A stretch of DNA of 64,000 nucleotides, from NCBI GenBank assembly GCA_963817915.1, contig CAWFQL010000016.1:32001-96000 (forward strand). Reading direction: 5' to 3'. The notes under the pieces were generated by a model. The model saw only the letters and a list, made by a program, of their open reading frames with translations, was not told the DNA's origin and ran no database searches. Origin of the DNA: an uncultured candidate division Zixibacteria bacterium (GTDB lineage Bacteria; Zixibacteria; MSB-5A5; UBA10806). Of the stretch, positions 38,397 through 47,716 are shown piece by piece (within the stretch, counting starts at the first letter, position 1; every line of letters starts with the position of its first letter). A program made the translations under genes and the position numbers.

Positions 38397-39220
38397 ATGA
38401 AAAGCTTGATTGTCAAAAATGCCTTGGCGTATGCAACAATTATTGTTGCGATTATTTTCTCATCGGTTCTCGCCGAATCGGTGAAAATCGACTCAACAAC
38501 TTCAATTAAAGATCTGAAAACCTTCGCGTCTAAAGGAAATGCCGATGCCATGCTTGAGCTCGGCGAGAGGCTGGTTCAGGGACAAGGAGTCGACACAAAT
38601 GCGACGGAGGGATTGCAGTGGATACAGAAGGCCGCGGATGCCGGTAAAGTAACCGTGCCTGGTATGATTTGGGATTTGTATATTCCAATGGCGTCGGGGT
38701 CAAACCTGACATGACAGAGGCGATTAAGTATTTTAGGACAGGCGCGGAAAAGGGAAACGCTGAATGCCAGGTGGGCCTGGGATTGACTTATCAAGCCGGG
38801 GAAAAAATTCCTGGCGGGGTAACGGCAGATCCAACTGAAGCCGCAAAATGGTATCGAATGGCCGCCGATCAGAATAATACTGAAGCCATTCTTCATCTTG
38901 CGGGTCTATATAAAGCGGGCGAGGGTGTTGAGCAGAGTGACGCTGAAGCGTTCAAATGGTTCAGCAAGGGTGCGGAGTTGGGGAATCCCGAATCGCTATT
39001 GATGCTTAGCGGCTTTTATAAAAAGGGGATCTCAGTTGAAAAGAATAGCGTGATGGCATACGCCCTAATCTCAGCCGCTGTCGAAGCGGCGCAGGATCCC
39101 GAACAGAAAAATTGGATGGCAGAAACGCGGGACAAGATCGGATTAGAATTAAATCCCGAGCAGATGAAGCAGGCTCAGATATTGGCCCAGGAATGGATTG
39201 CGAAAAGGAAAAAGCAATAA
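38397..39220 (+). pseudogene. Secreted Sel1-repeat protein split by a frameshift near 38645-38660 (possible assembly error)
   Basis: Sel1 repeats (GNADAMLELGERL..GQGV; AWYDLGFVYSNGVGV; AAKWYRMAADQ) continue across two overlapping frames. Confidence 0.8.
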
Positions 39221-39414
39221 ATTTCGAATGGAAAATGCTCCCCGGAGCCGGTGATTCCCGAGCTTTGACTACTGAAAAAGCATTATTGTTGTGAGAGTAA
39301 ATTGCTCTCGCAGTATATAATTAATTAAAGATATGTTGAAATAATTCAATCAATCATATACAATTTCATCGAATGGTGTAATTTGGAATTATAAACTCTT
39401 AATTGGAGGTTAGT

Positions 39415-39906
39415 TTGAAAAAGGTAATCTTAACATCGATGACGCTCGCGCTGGTTGCTCTCATTTTAATTCCGACGACTATCATGGCTCAAAGCAAACC
39501 AGTTCAGCTTGCGCTTTTCGCGCCTGTTCAGTTGTTTCCAGAGAATACTGCCATTTCCGGCATACGACTCAGCCTGATTTATGGTAAAAATACTTCAGTC
39601 ACCGGTTTGGATTGGGGTCTAATAAATCGCAACACATCAGGAATGTCGATGGGCGTACAATGGGGATTTGTAAATCTAAATGATGCCAGTTTCATGGGCT
39701 GGCAAGATGGCTTTGTGAATATCACCAGCAAAGACTTCCAGGGCCTTCAATGGGGATTTGTAAATTCCGCGAATAATGCTAAAGGATTGCAGCTCGGTTT
39801 TGTCAATTACACAAGAACACTTAAAGGCTTGCAGATCGGATTTATTAATATTATCAAGCAAGGCGGCCAATTCCCGGTCTTCCCTATTGTTAATTGGTCC
39901 TTTTGA
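39415..39906 (+). CDS. LA_2272-like surface repeat protein
   Basis: Signal peptide, G[LV]Q[WLI]GFVN repeats, C-terminal FPIVNWSF; TTG start after GGAGG. Confidence 0.8.
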   Translation: MKKVILTSMTLALVALILIPTTIMAQSKPVQLALFAPVQLFPENTAISGIRLSLIYGKNTSVTGLDWGLINRNTSGMSMGVQWGFVNLNDASFMGWQDGFVNITSKDFQGLQWGFVNSANNAKGLQLGFVNYTRTLKGLQIGFINIIKQGGQFPVFPIVNWSF

Positions 39907-39956
39907 TTCTGCCGTTATTTTGGAATTGATATAAATAGCATTTAAGGAGGCATCCT

Positions 39957-41282
39957 ATGAGTATGAGATCATTCAAATGGATTGGCCTATTGGGCTTAAC
40001 TATTTCGGCGATACTCGGCATTTCCGAGACTTCGAACGCGGTTCCCAGTTTTGCCCGACAGACCAATATGCCCTGCGCATCATGTCATTCGATTTTCCCT
40101 GAGCTAAATTCCTTTGGGAGAAATTTCAAGCTCAACGGATATACTCTTAATGCCGGTGAAGTTGTAGAATCGGCCGACAAGGATGGAAAAACGCTAATGC
40201 AATTTCCTAAATCCCCGGCGGTCTCCGCAATGATGATGGCCTCCCTCAGTCGAGTAAGTAAAGATATCCCTCAGACGCAAAACAACAATATCGATTTCCC
40301 ACAGCAATTTAGCATTTTTCTGGCCTCGCAATTGACACCGGAAATGGGCGCATTCATTCAGGCCACATACGATGATCAGGGCGCGGCCTTTTCAATGGAT
40401 ATGCTTGATCTTCGCTACGCCCATGAAACAACGCTCGGCGACAAGAGTCTTCTAATCGGCCTATCGTTGAACAACAATCCGGGCGCGCAGGATATATGGA
40501 ATACTGTGCCCGCCTGGAGTTTTCCATTTGGTTCATCGCCGGTGGCTCCAACGCCATCGGCCGCCGCGTTGATTGAAGGCGGCCTTGCTTCTGATGTTGC
40601 CGGGCTGGGACCGTATTTTGTCTGGAATAAGCGAATTTATGCCGAATTATCATTTTATCGATCTGCTCCGCAAGGCGGTTCGCATCCGCCGGATCAAAAT
40701 TCCCAGATGACAGTCAAGGGTTTGGCTCCATATTGGCGGTTGGCATATCAGCGGCTAAGCATGAACGATTATTTTGAAATAGGCACTTATGGCTTGAGCG
40801 CCAAATTATTCCCGAATGGAATCACCGGCGCGACGGATAAATACACGGATATCGCATTCGACGCGCAATATGAGCGCAAATTCGAAAAATCATCGCTGTC
40901 GGCTCATGCATTCTGGATTTTGGAAAACCAAAATCTCGCGGCAACATTCGGCGCGGGCGGCTCCGACTATGAAACCAATAAGCTGAATACATTGAAGATA
41001 AATGGCAATTATTATCTGGGACAGCATCTCGGTTTTACTTTGGGATACTTTGCCATAATTGGCGATAAGGATGGCATTTTATACGGCGACAACCAGACCG
41101 GGAAACCGGACAGCAACGGCCTTATCGGAGAGGTCGATTGGCTGCCCTGGCTGAACACGAAGTTTTCTATCCAGTATACCTTGTACCAAAAATTCAACGG
41201 CTCAGGAAATAATTATGACGGTTCGGGAAGAAACGCTTCGGACAATAATACTTTATATCTTTTGGCCTGGCTGGCGATCTAA
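39957..41282 (+). CDS. cyc2: Cyc2-type outer-membrane monoheme cytochrome-porin fusion
   Basis: Signal peptide then AVPSFARQT-NMP-CASCH-SIF-PEL-NSFGRNFKLNGY (Cyc2 AxPxFAR[QK][TY] + CXXCH + PxL signature); rest is amphipathic beta strands; 441 aa. Confidence 0.8.
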   Translation: MSMRSFKWIGLLGLTISAILGISETSNAVPSFARQTNMPCASCHSIFPELNSFGRNFKLNGYTLNAGEVVESADKDGKTLMQFPKSPAVSAMMMASLSRVSKDIPQTQNNNIDFPQQFSIFLASQLTPEMGAFIQATYDDQGAAFSMDMLDLRYAHETTLGDKSLLIGLSLNNNPGAQDIWNTVPAWSFPFGSSPVAPTPSAAALIEGGLASDVAGLGPYFVWNKRIYAELSFYRSAPQGGSHPPDQNSQMTVKGLAPYWRLAYQRLSMNDYFEIGTYGLSAKLFPNGITGATDKYTDIAFDAQYERKFEKSSLSAHAFWILENQNLAATFGAGGSDYETNKLNTLKINGNYYLGQHLGFTLGYFAIIGDKDGILYGDNQTGKPDSNGLIGEVDWLPWLNTKFSIQYTLYQKFNGSGNNYDGSGRNASDNNTLYLLAWLAI

Positions 41283-41407
41283 AATTTGACCGTTTTTCAT
41301 TATTTTGGTCGAGATGAAACCTTTTGAACCTGTATAAGGTAGAAGTATGGTGATTTATGAAGACGATGGCAGATTCATTAGGCGACATAAAGGAAAAGAG
41401 GATGCCG

Positions 41408-41905
41408 ATGCGTGTTTTTGTAATGACAGTAATTGTATTTGGGTTGATCGGTGTGGCATCGGCCCAGAGTCAGGATAAAAGTAAATCCGATCCGCCGGCA
41501 AAAGCCGATACGACCAAAACAAAATCAGGCGTTTCAAAAGCAAAATCAACCCTTATCTCCGATGATAAAGGCATTGGGCCAATCAAAGAGATAAAACTCG
41601 GCGCCATAGATACCGCACTAGTGAGCAAGGGCGCGGAGCTCTTCAAATCAAAATGCGTAACGTGCCATCTGCTCGATAAGAAGAAATTGGCTCCGCCGTT
41701 GAGAGATATAGTCAAGCAGAGAACTCCCGAATTCATCATGAATATGATTATAAATACAGAGGAAATGCAGAAAAAAGACGCGGAAGTCAAAAAGCTGATC
41801 GATGAGTACCAGACATATATGACTATTCTCGATTTGAACAAAGACCAGGCTCGCAGCTTGCTGGAATTTCTCAGGGAATCGTCAGAACATCCACCGGGAA
41901 ACTGA
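41408..41905 (+). CDS. Periplasmic class I monoheme cytochrome c
   Basis: Signal peptide, KGAELFKSKCVTCH, PPL, PEFIMNMI, distal Met in YQTYM; start uncertain (track start 41357). Confidence 0.85.
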   Translation: MRVFVMTVIVFGLIGVASAQSQDKSKSDPPAKADTTKTKSGVSKAKSTLISDDKGIGPIKEIKLGAIDTALVSKGAELFKSKCVTCHLLDKKKLAPPLRDIVKQRTPEFIMNMIINTEEMQKKDAEVKKLIDEYQTYMTILDLNKDQARSLLEFLRESSEHPPGN

Positions 41906-41990
41906 TTTTGGCAGGCACCGGCCATGCCAAAAAATTAACATTTATTGATACTCGAAAAATTCCTAAATAAATAGCTTGATTTATCAATAA

Positions 41991-42017
41991 TAACTGCTAT
42001 TATTATACGGCCGATAA
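41991..42017 (+). promoter_or_regulatory. Putative sigma28 (FliA)-type promoter
   Basis: TAAC-N15-GCCGATAA. Confidence 0.45.
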
Positions 42018-42229
42018 AGGTATTCGTAGATATTAGGATACCTCGCTATTTCTTTTAAAACATAATATTAAACTATTTTTTAAATTTGTTTTTAGTAATG
42101 CTATTTTTATTAAAAATGGCATTCCATTGCTAATCATACGCTTAATAAGGAGGTCAAGGAAAATCAGAGAAATCGACCAACGCTCCTGATATTATTACAT
42201 CAAAATAGAATATTAACATGGAGAATACC

Positions 42230-42646
42230 ATGGAAGAAATCGATCAGAAAGACGAATGGGCCGAAAAAGGGGCTCGAGTTACGGCGCGGATATTGGTGTT
42301 GTTGTGGGCGTTAGGATGGATGTTTTTTGGCTTTATTACGGGTGTCGGAGAAGGTCTTGGAATAAAAGAAATCATTAGCCACGTCTCGATGCCGGGCTTA
42401 ATATTTATGTTAACAGCGTTAATCGCTTATAAATGGGAATTCATGGGTGGTGTTATGCTTCTGCTTGAAGGCGCAGCGGCAATGGTATATTTCATATCGC
42501 AAATTAGCAGGATATCATTTGTAGGATTTTATTTTGTTTTATATTCCGGTACGCTACCGGCAATTTTTATGGGATTTCTTTTCCTTTATAGCTGGAGAAA
42601 AAGCAGAGAATATCAGACAGGTCAAACAGGCCAAATTACGGCCTGA
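42230..42646 (+). CDS. Hypothetical 4-TM membrane protein
   Basis: Four hydrophobic segments, IAYKWEFMGG; GGAG RBS before ATG 42230. Confidence 0.7.
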   Translation: MEEIDQKDEWAEKGARVTARILVLLWALGWMFFGFITGVGEGLGIKEIISHVSMPGLIFMLTALIAYKWEFMGGVMLLLEGAAAMVYFISQISRISFVGFYFVLYSGTLPAIFMGFLFLYSWRKSREYQTGQTGQITA

Positions 42647-42667
42647 AAATCGATCAACTCCGGCACG

Positions 42668-42702
42668 AAATAAAAGGACGCAACCTGATATCAGATTGCG
42701 TC
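42668..42702 (-). terminator. Intrinsic terminator of the nrfD-like operon
   Basis: Minus strand GACGCAATCTGA-TA-TCAGGTTGCGTC followed by CTTTTATTT. Confidence 0.6.
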
Positions 42703-42728
42703 AGCAGTATATCATATTTTTTTTAGTA

Positions 42729-43931
42729 TCAGGCTGGCGTTGTCGACTTTGATTCGGCCCAGGGTGGAAATAGTTTAGTCAATACGAATAGTATTGCGAA
42801 GGGCAGCAACAGCAATACGCAGACCATAAGTATACCTTCAAGACCGAACAATTCTGTTTTATAGACAGTCAATCCCCGCAGGCTCTTTGAAAATAGCTGG
42901 CCGCCGAGTACGACATTCCATCGAGTGCTGAATATTCCCACCTGCACAAGCAAAGCGGCCATGAAATAAACCATTCTTCTCATCTCATCGGGTACTTTCC
43001 CGAAACGAGCCCAGACCAATGACAGCATTGGAAGAATGCTTCCGAGAATAATCTGAGTGATTATAAGACTTATAAACAGGCGATTAGAAATCATCGATGA
43101 AAGTATATTAATGGATTCTTCGGATTCATAAAGCCTTTGAATAAAATCGAGAAATTCCAAAGAGAAATCGACTATCATTGCGTAAAGGAGAAGCTCAGCA
43201 AGCTTGTTAAGACATTGCATGCTGATCTCTTTCCATCGAAACATGGAAGTGACCACATAAATAATAAGTATCAGAGCTATACCCGAAACAATAGCGGAAA
43301 ATAAGAACACTATAGGCATTAGAACGCTGCTCCACCAGGGATTGGCCTTAATGGAACCGAAGATAAATCCGACATATCCATGAAGCAGAAATGCCGAGGG
43401 TATACCTATAATAGTTATAGCCTTGCCTACCTTATCATCCCACTTAATCGCTTTATCGGATACGTCAGTAGCGCCGAGGGTAAGAATCTTATATACAAAT
43501 TTGGTAAAACCGGTTTTGGTTTTCGACCAGCCTACTATATCCTTGCGATAGTCCAACCAGATTTCCAAAAGCAGCACGACCATCAGGTACCACGCATATA
43601 CAAACCCGAACATGGCCATAGCTGATTGGGTATGCGGGGTCAGAAACATTTCAAATGATCTTTCAGGGTGTCCGAGATGGGCCAGAAGCGGCATCGGGGC
43701 CACAAACAAAAACGCCAGCGCGGATAGCAATGACAAACGATAAACCGGCTTAAGGGCCTTAACATTGAAAACTCGTTCCAGCGAGGCCAATATGAATGCG
43801 CCGGCGACAAGTCCAGTAAGATAGGGGTATAGTACTATGAGAAGACCCCAATGCAATTCGAATTCATTGGGATAAATATATCCGACTATATCTTGAAAAT
43901 TCGGAGTTAGATTAGCGATAAGAGGCAGCAT
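42729..43931 (-). CDS. NrfD/PsrC-family quinol-interacting membrane anchor (CbcU-like)
   Basis: WGLLIVLYPYLTGLVAGAF, HLGHPER, HGYVGFIFG...PWWS, RWNVVLGGQ; about 10 TM helices. Confidence 0.9.
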   Translation of the reverse strand: MLPLIANLTPNFQDIVGYIYPNEFELHWGLLIVLYPYLTGLVAGAFILASLERVFNVKALKPVYRLSLLSALAFLFVAPMPLLAHLGHPERSFEMFLTPHTQSAMAMFGFVYAWYLMVVLLLEIWLDYRKDIVGWSKTKTGFTKFVYKILTLGATDVSDKAIKWDDKVGKAITIIGIPSAFLLHGYVGFIFGSIKANPWWSSVLMPIVFLFSAIVSGIALILIIYVVTSMFRWKEISMQCLNKLAELLLYAMIVDFSLEFLDFIQRLYESEESINILSSMISNRLFISLIITQIILGSILPMLSLVWARFGKVPDEMRRMVYFMAALLVQVGIFSTRWNVVLGGQLFSKSLRGLTVYKTELFGLEGILMVCVLLLLPFAILFVLTKLFPPWAESKSTTPA

Positions 43932-43934
43932 ATT

Positions 43935-44714
43935 TTACCTAACCTCCCCGTCAGTACCGGCATAGTATACCTTTGGCTTCGTATTCAAGGATGGCTTAAG
44001 CTCCGCAACGTCATTGAATCTTAGGAATCGTCTTAATGGGCTCGAACGGAGCCCAATCTCTCCGAATATTCTCGCTTGTGTCGGACAGACCTCTACACAG
44101 GCCGGCAATAAGCCCTTCGTGATTCTGTGATAGCAGAATGTACATTTATCGGCAACTTTCTTTGTTGGATGCAAGAAGCGCGCGCCATAAGGGCAGGCTT
44201 GAATACAGTAACGGCATCCGACGCAGTATTTTTCATCGACAAGAACTACCCCGTCGCGAGTGGCGAAGGTCGCTCCAACCGGGCAAACCTGCACGCATGG
44301 CGGATTAGCGCAATGATTACATAATTTTGGTACAAAGAATGTTCTCAGAATATCGACATCGCTTTTGATATCAGGATATCCATCGATTCCACCGTTGGGA
44401 CTGTCGACGACCGTATCGCCGGTGGTCGGTATTATATATCGTTCAACCCATGTGCGGAAATAGTATGGGTCGAGAGGTACATTGTTTTCTTTTTTGCACG
44501 CTACGGCGCATCTGGCGCATCCTATACATTTATGAATATCGATGCCCATCGCGTAATTATGCTGTGTGGGGTCGTAAGTATCAGACTCCTGTGCCTTAAG
44601 AATTTCGCCCGCGCTCATGGGGAAAAAGAAAAAACCGGCGGCCAAAGGCAGTGCCTTTGAACAGGAGATCAGGAATTTTCGTCGATCCGTATCTTTTATA
44701 TCATCGTCTTTCAT
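43935..44714 (-). CDS. NrfC/PsrB-like 4x[4Fe-4S] protein, Tat-exported (CbcT-like)
   Basis: DRRKFL twin-arginine signal; CIGCARCAVAC, CNHCANPPCVQVCP, CVGCRYCIQACP, CTFC...CVEVCP; start ATG 44714 overlaps the upstream TAA (TAATG). Confidence 0.92.
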   Translation of the reverse strand: MKDDDIKDTDRRKFLISCSKALPLAAGFFFFPMSAGEILKAQESDTYDPTQHNYAMGIDIHKCIGCARCAVACKKENNVPLDPYYFRTWVERYIIPTTGDTVVDSPNGGIDGYPDIKSDVDILRTFFVPKLCNHCANPPCVQVCPVGATFATRDGVVLVDEKYCVGCRYCIQACPYGARFLHPTKKVADKCTFCYHRITKGLLPACVEVCPTQARIFGEIGLRSSPLRRFLRFNDVAELKPSLNTKPKVYYAGTDGEVR

Positions 44715-45454
44715 TAAGCCTCCGGTGAATGCGGGTAATGACAATCCCAGCATTTATAGCGTTCCCAGTGAGTCACGAGATCTATTCGAGGAATTTCTCG
44801 AGGGCTATTGGCATCTTTGGAATGACATTGCCCGCAGAATTCGCGATTTTCAGGTTTCCCGGGCAATGATTCTTTTGGATTTTTCAGATGCTCATCGGAA
44901 ACAGTATGACATTTTGTACATGCCAGCGATACGTGGGGCGATACATTTTTTTCATTGGATATTTCGCGATGGCAAGCGCTGCAATCTTGCGGAGTGCGAG
45001 GAAGCATAGGATTATGCGGATTATGGCAGCTCATACAGGGTTTACCCGGATTATGTACGGCAGGCAGTATCTGAGGAAAACCTGTCGGCCTTGATGGATT
45101 GTACCCGTGGCAAACAGGACAAAATTCTCGTTCTCTGGGCGCGCTTGGAGTGAATTCATCCGGCGCCTCCGCATGCTTGGCGGCGGCATTATGGCAGACT
45201 TCGCAGGACAGGGCGCTATGATTCGATTTGGATTTGAGATCATTTACATCTGAATGGCATTCGATGCAGGTTTTTGATCCGGCATATTGAATAGGAAGCG
45301 ACGCGATTTCGTTGACGGCATCAGCGCGGTAATACCCATATTTGCCAAATGATTTTGGAACTAGAATAGACCTCGCAACAATTAGGGCTGTTAAAAATAA
45401 GGCAAAAAGAATGATTAAGCTAATAAGTTGCTGGGGTATCTTTGGGGTCTTCAA
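44714..45454 (-). CDS. Membrane-anchored octaheme cytochrome c (CbcS-like)
   Basis: N-terminal TM; 8 CXXCH (CIECH, CEVCH, CPVCH, CMSCH, CSACH, CTKCH, CGQCH, CWDCH). Confidence 0.9.
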   Translation of the reverse strand: MKTPKIPQQLISLIILFALFLTALIVARSILVPKSFGKYGYYRADAVNEIASLPIQYAGSKTCIECHSDVNDLKSKSNHSALSCEVCHNAAAKHAEAPDEFTPSAPREREFCPVCHGYNPSRPTGFPQILPAVHNPGKPCMSCHNPHNPMLPRTPQDCSACHREISNEKNVSPHVSLACTKCHTVSDEHLKNPKESLPGKPENREFCGQCHSKDANSPREIPRIDLVTHWERYKCWDCHYPHSPEA

Positions 45455-45496
45455 TCAATTGTCTCCATTACTCTCCATTAGAAGTAATAATTACTG

Positions 45497-45547
45497 TTAG
45501 CGAATTAATTCACTAAGCGTCATTATGTCAAGTGAATTTTTTCGCAA
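45497..45547 (-). promoter_or_regulatory. Promoter with two Rex-like boxes
   Basis: TTAGCGAA-ttaa-TTCACTAA (45497-45516) and AAGTGAA-tttt-TTCGCAA (45530-45547) flanking a minus-strand TTGACA (45531-45526). Confidence 0.55.
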
Positions 45548-45922
45548 TTTGCATAGTTGATAGGTTTTTTTTTCATTGTATGTACTCTATTAACTCAATC
45601 AGGCCCGGATTTCGATGCTAATGTATTTTGGCTCATCATCAGGACGCATTCTATCGTCTTTTAGAAAATTGGTCAATACCTTTATTGAATAAAAATAAGA
45701 TATTGAACTAAGCATTTTCTGTTAATTTAGCCAAATACTTAGTATGTTAGCTCCATAATTTTAGATAACCGATTCTACTTAATTGGCTTTATGACAATGG
45801 AGAAAAGAATCTGAACCAACTTAAATCATCAATTCAGAACCGTAACATGTTTTTTCTATGGGGCAGAATGCAAATAGATATTTTCATGGCGGAATTTCAT
45901 CCTTAACCAGGAGACATATTTT

Positions 45923-46723
45923 ATGCATAGGATATTAACAATATTAGCATTCGCTTCGGCAGCATTTATCACATTGCAGGACATAAACGCCTTTGAAAAT
46001 CGTTTTACTATTTCTGTCGAACCATTCAATATTTATACAAATTATAAATTTCTCGGAATAACTCCTTCCTCAGTCCCTCAACCCGATCAAGTTGGCTGGG
46101 ATAAGCGGCAACCAAATAACACCTATCCGGGGGATTATTTCCGGTCGCCAAAAGGGGCTTCAAAAATAATTCTACAAATTGATGAATTAAATGAAATATC
46201 GAATACAGCAAAAACATTTATCGATACGGCATACTTTAATGATTTCGTATTCGAAAATTTACGCGGATTTGCTTACACTTTGTACGAGCATACTGATGTA
46301 AGGGGAAAGGATAGCGTTGGCAAAAATACATTTCGAATTGTCGTGGACACCTTTTCTCGAAAGGAATATCATGTCCGCTACGCGGCTGGAGATACGATAT
46401 TCGTGATTTCCGGCTGGCTGGGAAAATTTCTGTCATTCTACCGGGCAATCCCCGGCGATTTTAAATATGCAATCGATCAATTTCAAAATGAAGTCAAAAA
46501 GCTATCTCCGGTATATGTCTTTACCGACAAAGGCAATTTTCGGGATGAATCATCCAATGGCGGCTATTTCTATGAATATATCGATAGAAAAAACATGATC
46601 AGGATAAGAAATTATTTCGTCACCGACTATATGATATTCGATGAGAAGACCAAAAAACTATACAATAAACAATACAATCTCATGGAAATAACCAAATTCA
46701 TCGATAAGGAAGTGATTCCATGA
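45923..46723 (+). CDS. Hypothetical secreted protein
   Basis: 266-aa ORF, AGGAG RBS, signal-like N-terminus, ATGA overlap with the next gene. Confidence 0.65.
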   Translation: MHRILTILAFASAAFITLQDINAFENRFTISVEPFNIYTNYKFLGITPSSVPQPDQVGWDKRQPNNTYPGDYFRSPKGASKIILQIDELNEISNTAKTFIDTAYFNDFVFENLRGFAYTLYEHTDVRGKDSVGKNTFRIVVDTFSRKEYHVRYAAGDTIFVISGWLGKFLSFYRAIPGDFKYAIDQFQNEVKKLSPVYVFTDKGNFRDESSNGGYFYEYIDRKNMIRIRNYFVTDYMIFDEKTKKLYNKQYNLMEITKFIDKEVIP

Positions 46724-47489
46724 AAAATAAAGCACTTATAATAGGGCTAATTCTGGTATTGAATTCGACCTGTCTGGCAGACAGGTTTGAATATATAAGG
46801 AATGTCAACCGCCAGAACCGGATGACGATTCCACGGGGGTACGAGATACTATTTTCGTTTCCGAGCATATCCAGATCCAGGATATTAATTTCTATGTCGG
46901 AGTCGGGGTTCCTGAATCTCCCTCGGCGGAAGACGCGTTAATTGATGTTTTTTTCCCTGCAAGGCAAAGGGTTAGACTAAATGACTGGGAAGGCCCCAGA
47001 ATTCCTTGGTACGATGTCTGGTACGATACCCAACGGCAAGTAGACGGGCCCGGCAGTCTGCAGGATTACAATGGAGGCGATTCTTATGGCCCATGGGAGA
47101 TGTTTTGCTTCGACCCCTTCTGGGATGATTCGTTATTTTGGTATTCATGGAGAATAGAGATTTACGGCGATCTCATAACGGGAATCTCTGAGCCAAAATC
47201 GAATATGCCATCGGACTATACGTTTAGTCAGATTTATCCCAACCCATTTAATAATTCAATCATGATAGAATTTGGATCGCCGGAAAACGGCGAAATCAAT
47301 ATCGACGTCTTCGATATCCTTGGAAGACAAGTTAGAACGATATTAAATTCTACTGTAAGCACCGGTTATCATAGTATCGTATGGTATGGGGTCGATTCGT
47401 CCGATAGACCCGTATCATCCGGAGTCTATCTAATCAGGTTGACCGCCCGCGACAAAAATATTGTCCAAAAGGCGACCCTGCTCAAGTAA
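46720..47489 (+). pseudogene. Secreted proprotein-convertase P-domain protein with an FlgD/T9SS-like tail, split by a frameshift near 46816
   Basis: Signal peptide in one frame; from 46818 an open frame reads PDDDSTGVRDTIFV...IQDINFYVGV...GPGSLQDYNGGDSYGPWEMFCFD...SWRIEIYG, then SQIYPNPFN...KATLLK. Confidence 0.75.
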
Positions 47490-47716
47490 TAGCCTGCGTC
47501 CCATGTCCGCTTGGAATAATCAAGATTAATAATTCAAGATACTCTTAGTTTCTAATCCTAAGGGTATATCGGAGTTATTGTTAAATCACAATTATTTGGT
47601 GGCAGCCTTTTTCTTTTACAATTTTGGCATCCATAGAAACCCTATTAACAATTATATTGTTCTAATTTCATGGACTAATATAGTCCATGAAAAATGGTCT
47701 AGCAATGGAGATTCAA

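Noticed and set aside
41408..41905. Resemblance of the monoheme cytochrome to those found beside clade II nosZ
   Set aside because: No nosZ or nos accessory genes in the window; similarity alone does not assign an N2O-reduction role.
42729..45454. Calling the operon nitrite reductase (nrf), polysulfide reductase or alternative complex III
   Set aside because: No NrfA (CXXCK), no molybdopterin subunit and no ActD/E/F genes; only the electron-transfer modules are present.
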